From an uncultured Hyphomicrobiales bacterium (GTDB lineage: Bacteria; Pseudomonadota; Alphaproteobacteria; Rhizobiales; JAJFHR01), in NCBI GenBank assembly GCA_964625235.1, contig CAZVAZ010000002.1:7378-58488 (forward strand): 51,111 bases of DNA, read 5' to 3'. The position numbers and the translations under genes were made by a program. The notes below the pieces were generated by a model. That model saw only the letters and a list, made by a program, of their open reading frames with translations. It had not been told where the DNA came from and searched no databases. This document shows, piece by piece, positions 9,634 to 18,268 of the stretch (its first letter is position 1; each line of letters opens with the position of its first letter).

Positions 9634-10842
9634 GTGGAAAGCGCATTTCTGGATCATATCAGCGATAGCCTGTCGGAAATCAAATCGGCAGGCCTGTATA
9701 AAATTGAACGCCAGATTGTCTCACAGCAGGCTGGCCGTATTGATGTGCAGCACGAGGGTAAACAGCACAAGCGTGTAGTAAACCTGTGCGCCAACAACTA
9801 CCTTGGCCTGGCCAACCACCCGCGCTTGATCGCAGTTGCCAGAGACGGGCTTGATACCTGGGGCTTTGGCATGGCGAGTGTGCGCTTTATTTGCGGCACC
9901 CAGCACCAGCACCGGAAACTGGAACAACGGCTGGCAACATTTCTGGATAAAGATGATGCAATCCTGTTTGCCGCCTGTTTTGATGCCAATGGCGGGTTGT
10001 TTGAGCCACTGTTAGGCGAGCAGGACGCTATTATCTCGGATGCACTCAACCATGCCTCGATTATCGACGGGATACGGTTATGCAAGGCAAAGCGTTATCG
10101 CTATGCAAATTCGGACATGGCTGAACTTGAAGCAAGGCTGATCGAGGCAAAGAGTGCGGGAGCGCGATTCGTCATGATTGCAACCGACGGTGTGTTCTCT
10201 ATGGATGGGCATCTGGCAAAACTGCCTGAAATCACCAAACTGGCACGCCGGTACGCGGCGATTGTGATGGTTGATGACTGCCATGCCACGGGGATTATGG
10301 GACCACAGGGCCGTGGTACTCCAGCTCACTTTGATGTGGCAGAGGGTGTGGATATTCTAACGGGTACTCTGGGCAAGGCGTTGGGCGGGGCGATAGGTGG
10401 TTATATCGCCGGTCCACAACAGGTGATTGATTTACTGCGGCAGCGCGCGCGACCGTATCTGTTTTCAAACTCGCTTCCACCTGCAATAGTGGCGGCTGGT
10501 CTTGAGGCGATTGATTTGGTCGAGGAGAGTGATGATCTGCGTTTAAAACTGTTTGAGAATACGGTTTTCTGGCGATCAGGTCTGGAAAAACTCGGATTTG
10601 ATCTAATCCCCGGTGAACATCCCATTGTTCCGGTAATGCTGGGCGAGGCTGCGCTTGCACAGGAATTTGCAGCCGGGTTGTTTGACGAAGGTGTGTTTGT
10701 CGCCGGGTTTTTCTTTCCTGTAGTGCCCAAAGGCTCAGCGCGCATCCGCACCCAGATGAATGCGGCACTAAACACGGATGATCTGGAATTCGCGCTGAAT
10801 GCATTCGAAAAAGCCGGCAAAGCAACGGGAGTGATCCAATGA
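9634..10842 (+). CDS. kbl: Glycine C-acetyltransferase (2-amino-3-ketobutyrate CoA ligase)
   Basis: A GTG start follows a strong SD (GAGGAGG). The PLP-lysine region is [15 protein letters not shown]. It is an AONS-family enzyme of 402 aa and overlaps tdh by 4 nt. Confidence 0.9.
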   Translation: MESAFLDHISDSLSEIKSAGLYKIERQIVSQQAGRIDVQHEGKQHKRVVNLCANNYLGLANHPRLIAVARDGLDTWGFGMASVRFICGTQHQHRKLEQRLATFLDKDDAILFAACFDANGGLFEPLLGEQDAIISDALNHASIIDGIRLCKAKRYRYANSDMAELEARLIEAKSAGARFVMIATDGVFSMDGHLAKLPEITKLARRYAAIVMVDDCHATGIMGPQGRGTPAHFDVAEGVDILTGTLGKALGGAIGGYIAGPQQVIDLLRQRARPYLFSNSLPPAIVAAGLEAIDLVEESDDLRLKLFENTVFWRSGLEKLGFDLIPGEHPIVPVMLGEAALAQEFAAGLFDEGVFVAGFFFPVVPKGSARIRTQMNAALNTDDLEFALNAFEKAGKATGVIQ

Positions 10843-11897
10843 AATCCGGCAGTATGAAGGCACTGGTCAAAGCCAAACCAACTCAGGGGTTGTGGATGCA
10901 GCAGGAACCGGTTCCTGAAATTGGCGACGACGACGTGTTGATCCGCATTAACAAGACAGGAATTTGCGGCACTGATATTCACATCTGGAACTGGGATGAC
11001 TGGTCTCAAAAAACCGTGCCCGTTCCGTTGATCACCGGCCATGAATTTGCCGGTGAGATTGTCGAGATGGGTAAACAGGTAACCGACCTTGTAATTGGCC
11101 AGCGGGTTTCCGGCGAGGGGCATCTGGTCGGCAAGCACAGCCGGGCCAGTCGTTCGGGGAACTTTCATCTTGACCCTGAAACACGTGGCATCGGCGTGAA
11201 CGAACAAGGTGCATTTGCAGAATATTTACGCCTGCCCGCCTTTAATGTTGTGCCGCTGCCTGATGATATCAGCGACGATATCGGCGCCATTCTCGACCCC
11301 CTTGGCAATGCAGTTCACACCGCCCTGTCATTTGATCTGGTTGGTGAGGATGTGTTGATCACCGGGGCCGGACCCATTGGCATTATGGCAGCAGCGGTTG
11401 CCAAACATGTCGGCGCCCGCCATGTGGTGATCACCGACATTAATCAATATCGCCTTGATCTTGCTTTGCAGGTTGCCGATGTGAGCGCGGTGAATGTGGC
11501 AAAAACCGATTTGAAAGATGTCACCGCCAGCCTCAAAATCACCGAAGGTTTTGATGTCGGGCTGGAAATGAGTGGCACCCGAATTGCGCTTGATCAGATG
11601 ATTGATGCGATGATTATGGGCGGCCGGATTGCCATGCTGGGTATACCGCCAGGAAAATCGAGCGTGGACTGGTCGCGTATTATTTTCAAGGCGCTTACCA
11701 TCAAGGGCGTCTATGGTCGCGAGATTTTTGAGACCTGGTACAAAATGATTGCCATGTTGCAGAATGGCCTCGATGTCAGCGGGATCATAACCCATCGCTT
11801 CAGCGCCGACGATTTCGCCACTGGTTTTGCCACGATGAAATCCGGGTCGAGCGGAAAAGTTGTGCTGGACTGGACAGATAAAACAAAAATTGTCTGA
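10839..11897 (+). CDS. tdh: L-threonine 3-dehydrogenase (zinc ADH family)
   Basis: It carries [13 protein letters not shown] and [12 protein letters not shown] zinc/catalytic motifs and the Rossmann motif [15 protein letters not shown]. It is translationally coupled to kbl. The start may be the ATG at 10854 (MKALVK). Confidence 0.9.
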   Translation: MKSGSMKALVKAKPTQGLWMQQEPVPEIGDDDVLIRINKTGICGTDIHIWNWDDWSQKTVPVPLITGHEFAGEIVEMGKQVTDLVIGQRVSGEGHLVGKHSRASRSGNFHLDPETRGIGVNEQGAFAEYLRLPAFNVVPLPDDISDDIGAILDPLGNAVHTALSFDLVGEDVLITGAGPIGIMAAAVAKHVGARHVVITDINQYRLDLALQVADVSAVNVAKTDLKDVTASLKITEGFDVGLEMSGTRIALDQMIDAMIMGGRIAMLGIPPGKSSVDWSRIIFKALTIKGVYGREIFETWYKMIAMLQNGLDVSGIITHRFSADDFATGFATMKSGSSGKVVLDWTDKTKIV

Positions 11898-11973
11898 CGC
11901 CAGCGCCTTTGGGGCAGATTGACGGTATTGCATAAGGGTCGTTTTGGCTCAGCGTAACCGCCAAGGAGTGAAG

Positions 11974-12105
11974 ATGAGACGAAAACACGGGATACGGCGC
12001 ACAGCGTCAGAAAAAACAATTAAGGCCATTCGTCGGGATATGATGGCGAATGGACATGTGCAGTTTTATCAGTGGGTTAGATATCCGATTAGGAGGGCAA
12101 GATAA
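11974..12105 (+). CDS. Possible small basic protein (43 aa), function unknown
   Basis: An ATG is preceded by AAGGAG with 6-nt spacing. The translation is MRRKHGIRRTASEKTIKAIRRDMMANGHVQFYQWVRYPIRRAR. It is too short for the ORF track and I recognise no family. Confidence 0.2.
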   Translation: MRRKHGIRRTASEKTIKAIRRDMMANGHVQFYQWVRYPIRRAR

Positions 12106-12223
12106 AACAGATGGTGCCAGGGGATGCTGATGTTGTCTTATTTACTCAATCTATTTAGTGCCAGGAAATTTATGCAAGCACTATATTCGTCTTCGTGTCT
12201 GACTCGAAACTATTCCTATAAAA

Positions 12224-12364
12224 TCAACCCCTTGCCAATCGCCTTGGCACCATCTTGATGTGCGCGATGAGTAGCCAGTTTTCTGCTGACAGGATTGATT
12301 TCTCCCAGTCCTTCGCCAACCTGCGCGCAGAACCCGCGTAAAATAAGAACTGCTGACGCTGGCG
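12224..12364 (-). pseudogene. IS5-family transposase, C-terminal fragment only
   Basis: A minus-strand frame reads FLFYAGSARRLAKDWEKSILSAENWLLIAHIKMVPRRLARG*. This matches the characteristic tail of IS5-family (DDE_Tnp_1) transposases (..RRLAKDfE.....a.l.lA.Irlml.RL). The frame is closed by a stop about 47 codons upstream. Confidence 0.45.
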
Positions 12365-12417
12365 TCCTCAGCCATGGCGGTGGACGCAGTCATGAGCGAG
12401 CCTGTCTCTGCGTTAAA

Positions 12418-12606
12418 TTCCCTGTTATATGGGAAAATACAGGGAAAATATTCAATTTTTATCCAATTCTGGAGAATTCACCCAAATTAACGAAGCAATT
12501 ACAGTGATTTACAGTTGAATTCCCTAAGAAAATCAACAGGGAATTTAAATCAGGTAACAGGGAAATCTATTCGCGTAACAGGGAAAAAACGTAAGCGTAC
12601 AGGGAA
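12418..12606. repeat. Iteron-like array of the 8-mer ACAGGGAA
   Basis: ACAGGGAA occurs at 12439, 12536, 12557, 12578 and 12599. The last four are spaced exactly 21 bp apart. An inverted copy, TTCCCTGT, lies at 12418-12425. Related ACAGTGAT and ACAGTTGA sites are at 12501 and 12511. The last copy lies inside the IS66 left inverted repeat. Confidence 0.85.
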
Positions 12607-12678
12607 TGCACGGTTGTTTCTGTATATGATTTACGCGATCTCTAGTGCGTGGTGTAAACCAGACAGGAGAACAGTGTC

Positions 12679-12888
12679 ATGGCCAGATTGAGTTGTGAGA
12701 AGCGGTCGGAATTAGAGAGTTTCTGGCATTCCCATCATGATGAGTGGGAACACAGTGCCTTGAATCAGCGGGAATATTGCGAAGTGCACGGCCTGCCACT
12801 GAAGCGATTTGGTAACTGGCGGGCGAAGTTCAAGACTGAGTGCGGCTGTTCAGGGCAAGCTGCTCTACCGACGCGGTGGGAGGCTTAG
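12679..12888 (+). CDS. IS66-family accessory HTH protein (small first ORF)
   Basis: The 69-aa product MARLSCEKRSELESFWHSHHDEWEHSALNQREYCEVHGLPLKRFGNWRAKF resembles the short HTH ORFs of IS66 elements. A homologous fragment recurs at 14270-14400. Confidence 0.55.
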   Translation: MARLSCEKRSELESFWHSHHDEWEHSALNQREYCEVHGLPLKRFGNWRAKFKTECGCSGQAALPTRWEA

Positions 12889-12892
12889 ACAT

Positions 12893-13342
12893 ATGGCCAG
12901 CCATATGTCTAATAAGGAAATTGTCTCGACTTCTACGGGTTATGTTCCATCGGTAAAATCGATGCCGGACGGGCGCCGGAACTTCTCGGTGGCGGACAAG
13001 AAGCGGATCGTCGCGGAGGCTATGGCTCCCGGTGCTTCGGTATCGGGTATTGCCCATCGCTACGGGATTGACCCTCGATTGCTGTTCCGGTGGAAGCGGG
13101 ATTTCGCCCCACCACCATCCAGGCCGGTATTCCTGCCCGTGCGCGTAAGTGACGGTCCTGATCAGACGGGCGCGCACTCTGCACCAGCATGCGCGCAGGT
13201 CGCCGGGCCAATCATCGTCGAAAGATCGCCTCAGGAGATTGAGGTAGAGCTGGTTGGCGGGCGGCGCGTACGCTTTGGCTGCAACGTGGAAGCTGAAACT
13301 GTACGCGCGATGATCGCGTGTTTGGAAGGACCGGCGTCATGA
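12893..13342 (+). CDS. tnpA: IS66-family TnpA (HTH_Tnp_1-type accessory protein)
   Basis: RRNFSVADKKRIVAEAMAPGASVSGIAHRYGIDPRLLFRWKRDF is the typical IS3/IS911-type HTH of IS66 orf1. The ATG at 12893 sits inside the palindrome GACATATGGC-CA-GCCATATGTC. Confidence 0.8.
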   Translation: MASHMSNKEIVSTSTGYVPSVKSMPDGRRNFSVADKKRIVAEAMAPGASVSGIAHRYGIDPRLLFRWKRDFAPPPSRPVFLPVRVSDGPDQTGAHSAPACAQVAGPIIVERSPQEIEVELVGGRRVRFGCNVEAETVRAMIACLEGPAS

Positions 13343-13692
13343 TGATGCTTCCTTCCGGGGTTAAAGTGCATATTGCTGCAGGCGTCACCGACATGCGCAA
13401 GGGAATGGACGGTCTGGCAATGTTAGTTGAAGCAGTTCTGCGCGAGGATCCATTCTCGGGTCACCTGTTTGCTTTTCGCGGTCGTAAAGCGAACCTGATC
13501 AAGATTGTGTTTTGGGATGGCAATGGTCTGTGCCTGTTCACAAAGCGTCTTGACCAGGGAGGGTTCATATGGCCGCAAGCCGATGATCGCGGTGGCGCGG
13601 TAGTGCTAAGTTCTGCTCAATTGTCGATGCTGATCGAGGGGATAGACTGGCGCACGCCGGAGCGGGTGTGGCGACCTGAACGGGTTGGGTAA
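13339..13692 (+). CDS. tnpB: IS66-family TnpB (orf2)
   Basis: MMMLPSGVKVHIAAGVTDMRKGMDGLAMLVEAVLREDPFSGHLFAFRGRKANLIKIVFWDGNGLCLFTKRLD is highly characteristic of this family. There is an ATGA overlap with the tnpA stop. Confidence 0.9.
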   Translation: MMMLPSGVKVHIAAGVTDMRKGMDGLAMLVEAVLREDPFSGHLFAFRGRKANLIKIVFWDGNGLCLFTKRLDQGGFIWPQADDRGGAVVLSSAQLSMLIEGIDWRTPERVWRPERVG

Positions 13693-13750
13693 AGGCGCGC
13701 AATATACTGAAAATACTTGGTTTTCCACCCTGGTTGATGTATACTCAATC

Positions 13751-14128
13751 ATGCATCTCGACCTCGATAATTCACCTCAGGATACGGCTCTTTTGCATCG
13801 GTTGGTGCGTGACATAACAGGCCTGGTCGAGCATCGCGATGGCGAGATTACCCGACTGCGACAGATCATCAAACAGCTGCAGCGTGCCCAATATGGACGC
13901 CGGGCCGAGCGTCTTGACCCTGACCAATTGGTGCTCGCGCTGGAGGAACTCGATACCGACATTGCAGAGATCATTGATCGTAGGCCTGGCGTCTGTTCGC
14001 TGGTCGAGACTGCCAAGCTCAACAAAGTAGAGCCATACACCTATCTCGCCGATGTGCTTCAACGCATGGTCGATGACCATCCCGCAAATCGGCTAGATGA
14101 ACTGCTCCCTTGGAACTGGAAAGCCTAA
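13751..14128 (+). pseudogene. tnpC: IS66-family transposase TnpC with a large in-frame internal deletion (DDE domain missing)
   Basis: The N-terminal leucine-zipper part (LDLDNSPQDTALLHRLVRDI...QLQRAQYGRRAERLDPDQL) is joined near 13975-13990 directly to the conserved C-terminal tail (SLVETAKLNKVEPYTYLADVLQRMVDDHPANRLDELLPWNW). That leaves 125 aa, against roughly 500 aa expected. Confidence 0.75.
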
Positions 14129-14180
14129 AACCCTGTCAATGATTGACGATGTGCAACATCCGTACGCTTACGAAACAACA

Positions 14181-14403
14181 GTAAGCGTCCATTTATGACA
14201 CGTTTTGTTTTCAGCTATTGAGATGCGATCTTCTCTCCACGATTGAATTGGCGAGAGGAGATCAAAATTATGCCAAGGATGAAGGCAGCGAAGCAAGAGG
14301 AATTGGAGGCATTCTGGCATTCCCATCTGGATGGCTGGCAACGTGGCAGGCTGTCCGAGACCAGCATCCCTGGGCTGGAACGGATCCGCCAACGGCGTTC
14401 TAT
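14181..14403 (+). mobile_element. Second IS66-like element, 5-prime fragment (IRL plus the start of the first ORF)
   Basis: It begins with GTAAGCGTCC at 14181. The ORF fragment MPRMKAAKQEELEAFWHSHLDGWQRGRLSE parallels the first ORF of the neighbouring IS66. Both copies share an identical 16-nt stretch, TTCTGGCATTCCCATC. The fragment is cut off by the IS3-like terminus at about 14404. Confidence 0.55.
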
Positions 14404-14470
14404 TGCTATGAAACTGAAACAAGCTGCGTAGTTCTACAAGTAGACCCCGTTAAAAATGGGGGGATTATCA
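14404..14470 (+). repeat. IS3-like (rve-family) right terminus, 67-bp relic; left member of an inverted pair
   Basis: TGCTATGAAACTGAAACAAGCTGCGTAGTTCTACAAGTAGACCCCGTTAAAAATGGGGGGATTATCA matches the reverse complement of 45782-45849 with about 4 mismatches and 1 indel. It includes the last codons (..MKLKQAA*) and a ...CA terminus. Confidence 0.75.
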
Positions 14471-15532
14471 ATCCAGATACTTTTGCACATCGGGCAGGAA
14501 CAGGCGATGCTGGGACATGCAGCGGCGTATGTCCGGCAGGTTGTCTCTGGTCCAGGCGATGGTGCGCTCCAGACCATGGCTTATTTCCACACCAGCCGTA
14601 AATCCAAGCGTCTCGCGCGATTTGGCCGGATCGCCGAACCGCCGGCCTGAGCGATCCCAGTCGCGGGCAGGTTTTAGATCGACGGGCGTTTTGTTGCCGG
14701 TGATGGCATTGATGGTCTCGGCCAATTCGCGGATGGTGGTTTCTCGACCCGATGCCAGATTATAGACGCCACCGGGCTCACCATGGAGGGCTGCGGCCAT
14801 CAAACCGCGTGCCATGTCTTCGACAAAGATGAAATCGCGGCTGGCGTTACCGGCATTATCAAGCGGCAGTGCCTCGCCCATGAGAGACTTGAAAATGAAA
14901 GTCGGCGTTACATTGCGCCACACGGTGTGCGCAGTGCCACGCCAGCGACCGGCACCAAGAATCTCACGCGGGCCATAAACGTTCTGAAAGCGCGCTTTGA
15001 CGAAGGGAAAGCCGAACTGTTGAAAATAATAATTGCCATAAAGCTCGCCGATGATTTTGGAAATCGAATAGGGGCTGTCATGAAAGAGCGATATCGGCGC
15101 ATCTTCATGCGTCGCCTCGGCTTCATCATAGGTCTTTTCAGCCACGGCGCAGCCCGCCGCTGCATAGACGACCTTTTTCAGGTTTTTGCAGTCCTTGAGG
15201 TGGTCGAACAGCTTGAGCGTGGTCAGCGTGTTGTTTTCATGGTCTGCCAGCGGATCGTGGATAGATGACTGGTTGCCGTGATAGCACGACAGATGCCAGA
15301 CATAATCCAGATCATCGGGCAACTGACGCAACACCTGCTCACTGGTGATTGAGCCGAAGATGAACTCGACCGCCTCATGGTCCGGCAGGTTAACAACATC
15401 GGACGACAACAGATTATCAACAATGACAAGTTTTTCCGGCCCTTGTTCCACCAGCATATGGGCCAGATTGGAGCCGACGAAGCCGGCACCGCCGACAATC
15501 AGAATTCTGGCTTTCGAGAAATTGTGGTTCAT
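14468..15532 (-). CDS. NAD-dependent sugar epimerase/dehydratase (extended SDR)
   Basis: It has the Rossmann motif ILIVGGAGFVGSNL and the catalytic motif SPYSISK (YxxxK). It is 354 aa. Its stop codon TGA is the first 3 nt of the IS terminus TGATAATCC. Confidence 0.85.
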   Translation of the reverse strand: MNHNFSKARILIVGGAGFVGSNLAHMLVEQGPEKLVIVDNLLSSDVVNLPDHEAVEFIFGSITSEQVLRQLPDDLDYVWHLSCYHGNQSSIHDPLADHENNTLTTLKLFDHLKDCKNLKKVVYAAAGCAVAEKTYDEAEATHEDAPISLFHDSPYSISKIIGELYGNYYFQQFGFPFVKARFQNVYGPREILGAGRWRGTAHTVWRNVTPTFIFKSLMGEALPLDNAGNASRDFIFVEDMARGLMAAALHGEPGGVYNLASGRETTIRELAETINAITGNKTPVDLKPARDWDRSGRRFGDPAKSRETLGFTAGVEISHGLERTIAWTRDNLPDIRRCMSQHRLFLPDVQKYLD

Positions 15533-16371
15533 TGGTTGAGCTCCGGTTTTGTGGCAGTGATATAAAGGTTCCAGCCCAGCCGCCGTGCCAGCCAGCTATC
15601 ACTGGGGCTGCCGAGAACTTTGCCGACAACCGCTGCGGCTTTATGCGGCAGCAGGAATAATTGTCGCCAGGACAGGTAATTGACCCGGAATTCATGCTTG
15701 CTGAAAGGGTGCAGCAACTCGCGGGCTTCTGTCTTTGAGTAAACCATTGCCAACGGACAGTCGGCACCGTCTGTGCGGTTGAGTGCTTCTTGTTGCGACA
15801 TGCCGCGGTAGCGCCGGTCAAACAGCCGCTTCAAACGCAACACCACCAAATAATTGTAGCTGTAGCGATAATAGAGCATGAGGATGACTTTGCCACCGGG
15901 CTTGAGCACGCGATGGATTTCGTCGATCGTAGGTCCGGGGTCGGGGATGTGATGCAGCACGCCCATGGAACAGACAATGTCGAATTGATTATCGTCAAAA
16001 GGCAGATGAACACCATCGATCTGCTGAAAGTCTGCGCTCAGATCTTCAAGTTCAAAGCGGCGGCGGCTTAACTCTATCGCTTTTGCGGTGAGGTCGACGC
16101 CGGTAACACTGGCGCTCTGACGAGCATAGCGCGACAGCACATAGCCGTTGCCGCACCCGACATCAAGCACGCTTGTGCCCTGTGATGAGGAATAGCCGTG
16201 TATCATGTCGGAGTAGGCATAAGGCTCGCAGTCTTCAGCCTCGCGAACAGCATCAAAGGCAGCGAAAAATTTGGGAGATCCGGGTGGCAGCGCAATGTTT
16301 TCCGCCGCCACCGGGTTTGCATCCCAGTAATCGCGAACCTCGCCGATATCGGGATCGCGGTCAGCCATCAC
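15529..16371 (-). CDS. Class I SAM-dependent methyltransferase
   Basis: Motif I is VLDVGCGNGYV and the post-I/II region is DIVCSMGVLHHIPD...LKPGGKVIL. It has 4-nt overlaps with both neighbours and is paralogous to the 18424-19263 product. Confidence 0.85.
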   Translation of the reverse strand: MMADRDPDIGEVRDYWDANPVAAENIALPPGSPKFFAAFDAVREAEDCEPYAYSDMIHGYSSSQGTSVLDVGCGNGYVLSRYARQSASVTGVDLTAKAIELSRRRFELEDLSADFQQIDGVHLPFDDNQFDIVCSMGVLHHIPDPGPTIDEIHRVLKPGGKVILMLYYRYSYNYLVVLRLKRLFDRRYRGMSQQEALNRTDGADCPLAMVYSKTEARELLHPFSKHEFRVNYLSWRQLFLLPHKAAAVVGKVLGSPSDSWLARRLGWNLYITATKPELNQ

Positions 16372-17315
16372 TGCCTGCCCAGGGTGGCCAGATGAGAATA
16401 TATGGCAGAAACGCCGTGGCGGTCATACCAGGAAAGCATGCGGTTGATGGTATCCTGAAAACCGATTTCTGCCTTCCACCCTAACACCCGCTCGGTTTCG
16501 CCAGGATCAAGCACCACGGCGGGAACGTCATCATCACCGGGAGGAACGATTGGCACATCGCCCGGATCAACGCCGAGATAGTCGGCTACCGCATCGAATA
16601 CGTTCTTGATGCTTCTTGCCTCGCCAGTGGAGATATTGAAAATCCCTGTGGGAGCATCATCGCCGAGCACGATATCCATAACCGAGAAAAAATCCTCCAT
16701 ATCGAGAAAATCGCGCTGGGTATCGCTGCAAAAGCAGCTTTTATCTTCCTTCAGCCGGGTATAGAAAGTCGGAATGGGCCCGATAGCCAGGCGTGGTCCG
16801 GTAATATTGGCCAGACGCAGTGAAACGGTTGGCACAGACCCCATCATCATAAACTGCTCGCCTGCAGTCTTTGAAATACCATAGCTGGTAAAGGGCCGGG
16901 TTGGTGCCTCGACTGGAATGGGTACTGTGTCCGGGCGGCCATAGCACAGCGCTGTCTGGAAATTGACAATCCGTTTGACCCCGGCAGTTTCTGATGCCCG
17001 CGCCACATGGATGGAGCCGGTGACGTTGGTGGCGGCATCCTCGGCCCAATTATTCAGATCCTTATAGGCGGCAGCCGAATGGATCACATGTGTCGGGGCG
17101 AAGTCGCTAAAGCACTGATCCACCAACGCCTTGTCAACGATTGAACCCTCCACAACCGTGAGACCCTTTATATCTTCCGGCACCACCTCGCGGTTGCTGG
17201 TGGCGAAATTGTCGATCACCAGAATTTCATGGCCCCGGGGCAGGTAGCGCTCGATCAGATTTGAGCCCAGACATCCCGCCCCGCCGGTTATAAGTATACG
17301 CATGCTGGCGGTCAT
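16368..17315 (-). CDS. NAD-dependent sugar epimerase/dehydratase (extended SDR)
   Basis: ILITGGAGCLGSNLIE and YGISKTAGE (YxxxK) are present. It is 315 aa and similar to the adjacent 17315-18268 product. Confidence 0.85.
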   Translation of the reverse strand: MTASMRILITGGAGCLGSNLIERYLPRGHEILVIDNFATSNREVVPEDIKGLTVVEGSIVDKALVDQCFSDFAPTHVIHSAAAYKDLNNWAEDAATNVTGSIHVARASETAGVKRIVNFQTALCYGRPDTVPIPVEAPTRPFTSYGISKTAGEQFMMMGSVPTVSLRLANITGPRLAIGPIPTFYTRLKEDKSCFCSDTQRDFLDMEDFFSVMDIVLGDDAPTGIFNISTGEARSIKNVFDAVADYLGVDPGDVPIVPPGDDDVPAVVLDPGETERVLGWKAEIGFQDTINRMLSWYDRHGVSAIYSHLATLGRQ

Positions 17316-18268
17316 TATTTATTCCCGCCCTCATCTTCCTCATGCTTGAGGTGGGTATAGCCGCCATGCACACCATATTTGTCAAAATATTCGACCGCGA
17401 GGCGCACAGTTTCTTCCAGCGGCGTGAATTCGGGCTCACCAAAGTCCTGATAGGTGCGGGACGGATCAAGCAAAATTGAAGGCACATCATCCTCACCCAG
17501 CGGTTTGACGTCGGGTGCCGGGTATTCGTTCAACTTCAACGCCTTTACCACGGCGTCATAAAGCTCAATGATAGCAATGTCGGTACCGGACGAAAAATGA
17601 TAGGCACCCGATCCTGCACCATCAGCGGCCTTGAGAACGGTTTTGGCCAGATCCTGGGCGAGCACAAAATCACGCCGGGATTCGGTAACAAAGCATTTCT
17701 TGCCCGCCTTCAGGCGTTCGTAAAAAATCGGCAGTGGTCCTGAGACATTGCGCGGGCCAACCACATTGGCGAGCCGGAACGACACCCAGTCCAGCCCCGA
17801 CAGCGCCAGATATTGCTCGGTAGGTGTTTTTGAGATGGAATAGCTTGAATCGCCCGGCAGGATCGGATGCTTTAGCGAAATCGGCTGTTCCTGCGGCTTG
17901 ATGCCATAACAAAGAGCGGTCTGGAAATAGATGAAACGGCCGACCTTGTTGTCCATGGCAGCACGAATGAGGGCTGCACCACCAGCTGCATTGACCAGAC
18001 AATCATTATACCAGTCTTCCGGGTCTTTGTAGGAAACGGCAGTATGCACCAATACATCGGGCTTGAAATCACCGATAAGCCGGTCAACCAGCGGTTTGTC
18101 CACGATAGAACCCTCGACAAAAGTCAGCCTGTCGTGACTTTCAGGCAGATGCAGTCGCCGCCCGGTTTCATAATTGTCAATTGCCAGCACCTCGTCGCCA
18201 CGCGCTAAATGCATTTCGGCCACATGACTGCCGACCTGCCCACAGCCACCGCTGATAAATATTTTCAT
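17315..18268 (-). CDS. NAD-dependent sugar epimerase/dehydratase (extended SDR)
   Basis: MKIFISGGCGQVGSHV and YSISKTPTE (YxxxK) are present. It is 317 aa and is a tandem paralog of the previous gene. Confidence 0.85.
   Translation of the reverse strand: MKIFISGGCGQVGSHVAEMHLARGDEVLAIDNYETGRRLHLPESHDRLTFVEGSIVDKPLVDRLIGDFKPDVLVHTAVSYKDPEDWYNDCLVNAAGGAALIRAAMDNKVGRFIYFQTALCYGIKPQEQPISLKHPILPGDSSYSISKTPTEQYLALSGLDWVSFRLANVVGPRNVSGPLPIFYERLKAGKKCFVTESRRDFVLAQDLAKTVLKAADGAGSGAYHFSSGTDIAIIELYDAVVKALKLNEYPAPDVKPLGEDDVPSILLDPSRTYQDFGEPEFTPLEETVRLAVEYFDKYGVHGGYTHLKHEEDEGGNK

Larger units (their letters stand above)
12591..14171 (+). mobile_element. IS66-family insertion sequence, defective (internal tnpC deletion)
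   Basis: The terminal inverted repeats start with the IS66 hallmark GTAAGCG: IRL GTAAGCGTACAGGGAATGCAC at 12591 and IRR (reverse complement) GTAAGCGTACGGATGTTGCAC ending at 14171. The flanking 8-mers are GAAAAAAC (12583-12590) and GAAACAAC (14172-14179). The internal ORFs follow tnpA-tnpB-tnpC order. Confidence 0.8.

Noticed and set aside
10401-11933. Long minus-strand ORFs (10295-10876, 10401-11207 and 11328-11933)
   Set aside because: They are antisense shadows of kbl and tdh, both of which carry clear catalytic motifs on the + strand.
12181-12393. A 70-aa minus-strand ORF (MTASTAMAED...)
   Set aside because: A different frame over the same DNA carries the recognisable IS5-type transposase tail, so this ORF is probably a by-product.
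11898-12417. A tRNA or tmRNA gene as the island integration target
   Set aside because: I could find no cloverleaf-compatible segment and no T-loop GGTTCGAATCC-type sequence on either strand. The serine recombinase also does not require a tRNA target.
12418-12606. Possible CRISPR array
   Set aside because: The repeat core is only 8-11 nt with a 21-bp period. That leaves no room for spacers of normal length, and no cas genes are present. It is better described as an iteron-like binding array.
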